DNA of 45,291 nucleotides from a virus (taxonomy: Duplodnaviria; Caudoviricetes), in the IMG/VR virus record IMGVR_UViG_3300020044_000702, positions 1 through 45,291 of that record; one strand, given 5' to 3'. Position numbers and translations under genes: made by a program. Below the pieces are notes generated by a model that was given only the letters and a program-made list of their open reading frames with translations, did not search any database and was not told where the DNA came from. Position 1 is the first letter of the stretch. Every line of letters starts with the position of its first letter. Of this stretch, positions 25,608 to 33,100 are shown one piece after another.

Positions 25608-25634
25608 CAACAAACCCCCCTAAATGAGGCAAAA

Positions 25635-27416
25635 ATGAGTCTTCAGCTTGCTGCCAAACACATTCAAAAGCATGGACGCAATGGCGATTCCATGCTTGTC
25701 CACATGTCCCCCAAGGAAGTCAAAAGCCTAAATGACTTGGCGATGGCTCATGGCGGTCACCTGACCATCAACCCACATACCGGCCTACCAGAAGCAGGCT
25801 TTCTGTCGTCTATCCTACCGATGGTCGCGGGTGTTGGTTTGATGGCGGTTTCAGGCGGGGCAATTAACCCAATGACTGCGGGGTTGTTAACTGGCGGCGC
25901 TACCACTTTAGCCACAGGCAGCTTAACGGAAGGTTTGATGGCTGGCATGGGCGCTTACGGCGGCGCTGGCTTGGGCGAATCCCTTGTACTGGGCGGTGCA
26001 GCCCCCGTAGCTGCTGGTGCTGCTGAAACAGGACTATCTACTGCATTGCAGGCAGAACAGGCTATGCAAGCAAATGCGGCACAAGCACTTCAAACTCAAG
26101 CTGCTAATACTGCGGCACAAAACGCTGCAATCCAAAATACTGCCAATGTTGTACCCCAAGCTACAAATGCTGCGACCTTGCGTGGAGCATTAGATGCGTC
26201 TGCTGGCTTCCAACCTGTAGCTTCCTCCCCCATTACGGAGTTGGCAAATACAACGGTTCCGCCCGGTTCAGGCCCTTCAATCGAAACTTTGGCTCGCCAA
26301 GTCCCTAACGCGCAGTCGGGACTCAACGTCACATCTACAGCGAACGCCCCAACGTCCTTTATGGACAAACTTAAGCTCATGGGAGAAAACTTCTCTCCAA
26401 CCAGCGTGATAGATTTTGCTAAAAAGAATCCTTTACAGGCTGCGTCTGGAGTGGCTTCAATGCTTGGCTCTGATGAAGAAAAAAGGCAAGAAGAAAAACC
26501 CGATACAAACATGGGCCAGCGTTATGCCTACAGCCCCGGCTATACAAGTGCTACGCCCAGCGCAACAGGTCAGGAGCAGGCTCATTTCAACCCGTCTTAC
26601 CGTCCAATAGACAATACAGAAGCCAAGAAAATTTATGGCTTTGCCGACGGCGGCGCGACTACAGCAGCCAGCCCCGCTTCGTATACAGCGGCTGAACCCA
26701 CAATGCCCATCACCATGCCCGCACCTGCGTTTTCCATCCCTACGGTGAACAGCATGGCTGACTTGGTACGCGCCCCTGAATCACAAGGACTTGTTAACGC
26801 ATACCTTAACCGCCCTGCACCTGTTGATGTGCAAGGACAGTACAACAACTATTTGCAAAATACTCTGCAATCTACGCCAATGGCGGTGGCAAATTCAGGG
26901 TACAAACCCGCTGCGCCTGTTACACCTACAACGGCTAGTTCAGATGCGCGATATATCTACGATGCCAATGCACGTAAATTTATTGACAACCCAAAATACG
27001 TAGACCCTGACGCTGAAAAAGATAAGAAAAAAGACAAGAGCAATAGCACTCCTAGTAGAGGCCCGGGGCGTGGCATGGCTTCCAGCCGTGCCTCTGGGTA
27101 TGCTTCCGGCGGATTGTCTGATGCTCATTTCAATCTTGGCGGCTACTCAGATGGTGGCCGACTGCTTCGTGGCCCCGGCGATGGCGTGTCCGACTCTATT
27201 CCTGCTGTAATAGGCAAGAAGCAGCCAGCGCGTTTGGCTGATGGTGAGTTTGTCGTACCGGCTCGGATTGTGTCTGAGTTGGGCAATGGCTCGACTGAAG
27301 CTGGCGCACGCAAGCTGTACGCCATGATGGACAGAATTCAATCCGCCCGTGGCAAGACTGTGGGTAAAGGCAAGGTTGCTAAAAACAGCCGCTCTGAAAA
27401 ATACCTTCCTGCGTAA
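25635..27416 (+). CDS. Internal virion / ejection protein
   Basis: N-domain GRNGDSMLVHM...INPHTGLPE, Gly/Ala hydrophobic stretch, C-domain YSDGG..LRGPGDGVSDSIPA...LADGEFVVPA. Confidence 0.72.
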   Translation: MSLQLAAKHIQKHGRNGDSMLVHMSPKEVKSLNDLAMAHGGHLTINPHTGLPEAGFLSSILPMVAGVGLMAVSGGAINPMTAGLLTGGATTLATGSLTEGLMAGMGAYGGAGLGESLVLGGAAPVAAGAAETGLSTALQAEQAMQANAAQALQTQAANTAAQNAAIQNTANVVPQATNAATLRGALDASAGFQPVASSPITELANTTVPPGSGPSIETLARQVPNAQSGLNVTSTANAPTSFMDKLKLMGENFSPTSVIDFAKKNPLQAASGVASMLGSDEEKRQEEKPDTNMGQRYAYSPGYTSATPSATGQEQAHFNPSYRPIDNTEAKKIYGFADGGATTAASPASYTAAEPTMPITMPAPAFSIPTVNSMADLVRAPESQGLVNAYLNRPAPVDVQGQYNNYLQNTLQSTPMAVANSGYKPAAPVTPTTASSDARYIYDANARKFIDNPKYVDPDAEKDKKKDKSNSTPSRGPGRGMASSRASGYASGGLSDAHFNLGGYSDGGRLLRGPGDGVSDSIPAVIGKKQPARLADGEFVVPARIVSELGNGSTEAGARKLYAMMDRIQSARGKTVGKGKVAKNSRSEKYLPA

Positions 27417-27418
27417 CT

Positions 27419-27826
27419 ATGTCTTTGTACCAAATCAGCCCAAGAGAATTGCCTGAAGTTTGGCCTGCTGCTGCCCCGCTCATTCAAAAAGCAATTGACC
27501 TAGACCCAACGTCTACGACAATACAGCATGTTGAGTACAGCATCAGAACAGGGAAGATGTTTCTCTTGGTATGGGAAGAACCCGGTGAAGGTATTACCGG
27601 TGCTTGCACAGTAGAGTTTTGGGATTTACCAATGGAACGTATGGCTCATGTGAGCCTTATGGGCGGTAAAGGTATCGTCAGAAAACATGTTTTTGAGGAA
27701 GCCATGAAATGGATGCGATTACACGGCGCTACAAGAGCGCAGTGCTTTGCCCAAGGCACGCTCCCTCAAATGTACGAAAAGATGGGTATGGAGAATACTC
27801 ATCAGGTAATGAGGATTAAATTATGA
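27419..27826 (+). CDS. GNAT-fold-like protein among the ejection genes (T7 gp13 / P22 gp14-like position)
   Basis: 135 aa alpha/beta pattern, HVSLMGGK...HGATRAQC...MYEKMG. Confidence 0.55.
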   Translation: MSLYQISPRELPEVWPAAAPLIQKAIDLDPTSTTIQHVEYSIRTGKMFLLVWEEPGEGITGACTVEFWDLPMERMAHVSLMGGKGIVRKHVFEEAMKWMRLHGATRAQCFAQGTLPQMYEKMGMENTHQVMRIKL

Positions 27827-30111
27827 AAATGCGTTCATCCACAGCTTTGTTAGGTATTCCAGACCTTCCAGAGGAAGCATTTAAACATGTTGGCGACCGC
27901 AAAATTAAACCGCAAGGCGACAGCGGTGGCGGTGGCGGTCAACCTTCAACTACGACTCAAACTACGGAGTTGCCCGAGTGGGCGCGTCCGTACGCAAAAA
28001 ACCTCTTAGCAAAAGGCTCTGCGCTCACTGACATCAACCAGAACCCATACCAGCAGTATGGCGGCAATCGTATTGCTGGGTTCTCCCCCATGCAGATGCA
28101 GTCGTTTCAAAACGCTGGGAACATGGATGCAGGCCCGCAAGGGTTCCAACAACAAGTTGGCCAGTACATGTCCCCCTACATGCAAAATGTGGTGGATGTT
28201 GAAAAGCGTGGGGCGATCCGTGACTACCAAATTGGTAACACTATGCAACAGGCGCAGGCTACACAGGCAGGTGCTTTTGGTGGTGGACGCGAGGCTCTTC
28301 AACGTGCAGAACGTGAACGTGGTTTGATGGGGACTCTTGGCACTATTCAGGCACAAGGATCACAAGCTGCGTACGACCAAGCATCGAATCAATTCCGTCA
28401 AGGTATCCAGCAAAACTTGGCGGTCAATCAGTTGCAGAACCAATATGGCGGGCAGATGCAGCAACAGGCCCAGCGTCCGCTGGACATGGCGTATCAGGAC
28501 TTCCAAAACCAACAGAACTACCCATACAAACAGTTGGGCTTCATGTCTGACTTGGTGCGTGGTTTGCCGTTGGGCCAGAAATCTACAAGTGCTGTTTACG
28601 ATCAAGGCCCCGGCATGGTGCAGACTTTAGCTGGTCTGGGTGGCGCTGCCTATGGCTTTGGTAAGTCAGGGCTTTTTGGCGCTAAAGAAGGCGGCTTGAT
28701 GGACTCCTACGCTTACGGTGGCGTAACAAGTCAAGACAACAAAGATCGTATTGTTGACGATATGTACAGCATGGAAGGTTTGCAAAAGGCCAAAGAAGCT
28801 GCGCTTGCCCGTCATGATGTTGATACCGCAAATGCGATCGACGAACGTGTTGCTGAACTAAATGCGCTTCAAGCCCAGAATGCTTCTATTGACCGTGGCC
28901 TTGGTTCGGCATTTGATCAAATTCCTCAAGACCAGCAAGAACAAATGATGGCCGGTGGTGGTATTGTTGCATTTGCTCCCGGCGGTGCCACGTATTTAGA
29001 CAAAGCAGAAGAAGCTCGTAAACAGCAGATGGATTACATCGGCCAAGCCACTACGCAGCCAGCAGCAGAAGAACAAAAGGCAAACATACTCGCACAAAAA
29101 GAAGTGATGAAAGACTTGTACGAGCCAAACGTAACTCCAAAATATTTGGAAGAAATAAAAGCCGAACGTGCCGCGCTCCCAGAAAAAATGGAGAGTGAAA
29201 AAGGGCTTGCGTTTGCTATGGCAAGTTTGAAATTGCTGAGCCGCAAAAGAACCCCGGGCGAAAGCCAAGGTAACCAACTTATCTCTGGATTGGGAGAAGC
29301 TGGTGAAGCATTTGCAGGTGAAATTGGACGACTCAAGAAAGAACACAAAGAAGCTGATCGTTTACTGCGCCAGTCTGAAATACAACTTGCTACAGCAAAT
29401 CAGTTGTACAACAACGGTATGGTAGACAAGGCTATGGCTAGGGCCGACCAAGCACAAGCAGCAAAAGCAAAAGCCGCAGAACTGTACGCTGGTGTTGCAG
29501 GCGATACATCCAAAATGTATGCCCAGCTTGAGAATACAAAACTTGGTAAAGAAGCCACTGTCGAAGCGGCAAAGATTCACGCAGGGGCAAGTGAACGCTC
29601 CGCACGAATTGCTGCTGCCAAAGAAACCGATTTGGCTCGTCAAACCCGTATTCGCTATGAGTCTTTGCTTGAGCAGGGTAAACCAGCCAATAAACAAACA
29701 ATGGCTGAAGCTGCAACCCTTGCTGCAAGTGATGTTGGGCGTTACCCCGGAGAAGCAAAAGCTGCCGCCGCTGCTGGCGAAAGAGATGCTAAGTTTGAAG
29801 TTCGGGTGGACAAGGCGTTGGAAAACAACATGCCTTACTTGAAAGCGGTTCAAAAGGGTAACACCGAAGAAGCTGCTCGTATCCGCAAAATGGTGGCGGA
29901 AGAATTAAAAGGTGCTGCTTCTCAAGACACGCCCGCTCCTAATGTACCCGGCGGTACAGGAACACCAAGCCGAGGTGGGCCTCAACCTGCGCCCGCTGCT
30001 ATCCCACCACAAGCCGTGGATATACTAAAGAAAAACCCATCGCCGCAAAATATTCAGTATTTTGACCAGACGTTTGGGCAGGGGGCGGCTGCTCGTGCTT
30101 TAGGAAAATAA
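27823..30111 (+). CDS. DNA transfer / ejection protein
   Basis: 762 aa. GDSGGGGG..TTTQTTELPEWARPY, YMSPY, AGAFGGGR, Gln-rich, LAGLGGAAYG, long helical region. Confidence 0.75.
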   Translation: MKMRSSTALLGIPDLPEEAFKHVGDRKIKPQGDSGGGGGQPSTTTQTTELPEWARPYAKNLLAKGSALTDINQNPYQQYGGNRIAGFSPMQMQSFQNAGNMDAGPQGFQQQVGQYMSPYMQNVVDVEKRGAIRDYQIGNTMQQAQATQAGAFGGGREALQRAERERGLMGTLGTIQAQGSQAAYDQASNQFRQGIQQNLAVNQLQNQYGGQMQQQAQRPLDMAYQDFQNQQNYPYKQLGFMSDLVRGLPLGQKSTSAVYDQGPGMVQTLAGLGGAAYGFGKSGLFGAKEGGLMDSYAYGGVTSQDNKDRIVDDMYSMEGLQKAKEAALARHDVDTANAIDERVAELNALQAQNASIDRGLGSAFDQIPQDQQEQMMAGGGIVAFAPGGATYLDKAEEARKQQMDYIGQATTQPAAEEQKANILAQKEVMKDLYEPNVTPKYLEEIKAERAALPEKMESEKGLAFAMASLKLLSRKRTPGESQGNQLISGLGEAGEAFAGEIGRLKKEHKEADRLLRQSEIQLATANQLYNNGMVDKAMARADQAQAAKAKAAELYAGVAGDTSKMYAQLENTKLGKEATVEAAKIHAGASERSARIAAAKETDLARQTRIRYESLLEQGKPANKQTMAEAATLAASDVGRYPGEAKAAAAAGERDAKFEVRVDKALENNMPYLKAVQKGNTEEAARIRKMVAEELKGAASQDTPAPNVPGGTGTPSRGGPQPAPAAIPPQAVDILKKNPSPQNIQYFDQTFGQGAAARALGK

Positions 30112-30112
30112 C

Positions 30113-33100
30113 ATGGCAAATCCATTCGCTCAGTTTGCTCAACCACAAGAAGAGCAAAACCCGTTTGCGCAGTTTGCCAAACCGCAAGAAGAGCAAAACC
30201 CTTTTGCGCAGTTTGCCCCCCAGCAAGCTCCACAAGAAACCACAGCAAACCCTTTCACCGGAGCTATTGGGCGTGTGGCATCTTTAGCGGGTGCAGGGGT
30301 TAGTGCAGTAGCGGAAGCCGCCGAGCGGATTGGGGATAAGTTGGAATTAGCTGTGCCGTTGTCGGGCATAAGCGAAGAAGATATTAAAAACAAAAACCAA
30401 CTTCAGCCTTTGTTTGACTGGGCTAAGTCGTTAAAAGGGTTTGACGAAAGCCTTGGTTACCAGCCCAGCACGCAACTCAAAGAGCTTGCCAGCAACCCAC
30501 TCAAAGCAATCCCATTTATTGCTGAGCGCGTAATCACGTCGTCTCCAGATATGGTTGCAGCGGCGGGGGTGCTTCCTGCGTATATCGCGGCACGCACAAA
30601 AGAAATTTTGGATGAGCGAGTTAAGAATGACAACAAGACACTCGACGAAGCCACAGTTAGTGATGTGACTGCTGCGGCCACCGCTGCTATTGTAGAAGGC
30701 ACGCTTGAAAAATTTGCCACCAAAGGGTTGTTGAAACCCACTACCGGCGCGTCCATAACTGGGCGGGTTGCAAAAGAAGTGGGTGTGCAAGCGGGTACTG
30801 AGGCTGCTGAAGAAGAAGCGTCGTATCTTGGCGAAGCCGCAGGAACTAAAAAAGGGCTTAGCGCGGAAGAAGCGTTGGCTCGTGGCGCTGAAGCGGCAAT
30901 TGTTGGTGGTGGTCTGGGTGCTGGTGTGCAGGGTGCGAAAGAACTCCTTGCCCCTAAAGCTGCGCCTATCCAAGAACCTACAACTACTGGTCAAAGTCCA
31001 TTAGAGCTTGAAAAGATTGCCGCTGATTTGACACAGCGGGGCATTACTAATATTGACCCCGAGCGCGTTGCACAACTACAGCAAACTTTCCAGAGCATGG
31101 GGCTTGACCCCGGCAGTGCGCAATATCGTGCGGTTGAAGCTGCGACTTTGGAAGCTGAAGAGAAAGCCCCTACAAGTGAGGAAGCTCAAGGAGAACAAAA
31201 TGTTGGACAGACTACTACCGACACAGGTGGAACAAGCGTTCCAGTGGCTGAACAGCCCGATACAAACGCCGCCCCCGCAGGAGTTGGAATCACTGAGCCA
31301 AGTGGAATGGTTCCTGCTGGACAGAATGTTGCAGGAACTGTGGAATCAAAAGGAACACAGCCCGTTGCAGTAAATGAAGAAGACCGCCAGCAAGCCGAGC
31401 AAGACGCTAAGGTAGCCGAAGCCCGAGCTATTGCTAAAACTAATTTTGATACCGCTTTAGATCAAGCAAATGATCCTGAGTATGGTGGAAATATTGATGC
31501 GGCGTTAGATGCCTATCGCCAAAATACAGCGGATACTTTAGGCGAGCAGGGTAAAAATGATTCCATCCTTTACGCTGACCGTGAGTTTGACCGTTTAACT
31601 GAAGAATATAAAAAACAACAAGGCGAACTGACACCCGAAGAGCAAGCTGCGCTGCAAGAAGAACTTGCCGCAGAGCAGGCCAAACCGGATGAGCAGCACG
31701 CCGAAGAAGCTGAGATACCCGAGAGCGTTGCAAATGTTATCGGTGACTTGACCACTCTGCCGGAAGAAGAAACCCTTGAAGAAGTTACCCCCAAGGGCAA
31801 ACGTGGGCCAAAAGGTGCTCGACAAACTCCCGAACAAAAGGCTGCTTCAGATGAGCGCCGTAAGCAACAACGCACCAACTACAAGCAAAACGTAAAGGCT
31901 GTAGATGCGGCTGAAAATGCGTTCAATGAAGCAATCGCTCCGGTTGATGAAGAAACTGTGGGTGGCGAAAAGTCTTTGGCTTCAGCAGAAGAAGACAAAC
32001 GGATTGGCAAAATTCAAGCAATCAAGTCACTGCTGCTGTTGAACCGTGCGCTCAAAGGAACCAAACTTGGCGACCGTGTGGCTGCTCTTTTGGCTAATCC
32101 TGCTATTTCTGCGCAAGAACTTGAAAACGTCAAGAAGGGTATTGCTGCTCAAATATCCAAAGCCAACACACAAGTAAAGGTTGGCCGAGCCGACGGTAGA
32201 TTCAGTGACATGACCACTGGCCAGCAAGCCTTGCGTCACGTTATCAAAACAGGCAATGCGTTCCAGAAGTTCTTGGCTCAACGCTTGATGCCGTTTGTAA
32301 AAGATGTGAAGTTCCAAGTCATCGAAGAAGATGACGTGTTGCCAAGCCAGATCACTGAGGGCGGTGCAGTAGAAGATTGGGAAGCATCTCGCGGCTTGTT
32401 CCTGCGCATCGTGTCTACCGGCGAACGGTTTGTGTTTGTGCGAGGTATTTCTGGTGGCCCAAGCCACGGCATCAACAACGTCACCGTGTTGCACGAGATG
32501 CTGCACGCTGCGCTCAACAAGAAAATGGACTTGGCGCTTGACGCGCTCCAGACTGGGTTTGACCGCAAATCTGATTTGGCGGTGGCTTACAACGCCCTGC
32601 TCAAGACAATGAACTTGGTAGCCGACCGAGTTAACCAAATGCGTGATGAGGGCACACTGCCTGAGTTCATGGACGACCTGATTGCAGGCGGTAAGATTTT
32701 TGAAGACCCTCGTGAATTCATTGCATACGCAATGTCTGACCCACGCTTCCAGAAGTTCTTGATGGACACGGCTGGGCATATCCAGCAGTCGTTGTTTACT
32801 CGATTTGTCAACAACGTGCGTCAGTTCTTCAACATGGACGCAAAGCATACCAGCGCTTTGTCTGACGTCGTCAGCATCACAGACAAGATGATTACCGCAC
32901 GCAAGACACCGTTAATGCGGTTGAGTGAGGCTGCGGAAAAACTCAGCGGGAATACGGCACAAGTTTCTTCTCAACTCAAAGAAAAGAAAGCTAAGACCAA
33001 CAAGATTCTTCAACGTATGGAGAAGTCTAGTTTTGCCGACGTAGTCCGAGACCTGCCTTTGCTTGTGAACCTGCGCAGTATGCAGGACTTCACTGATGCG

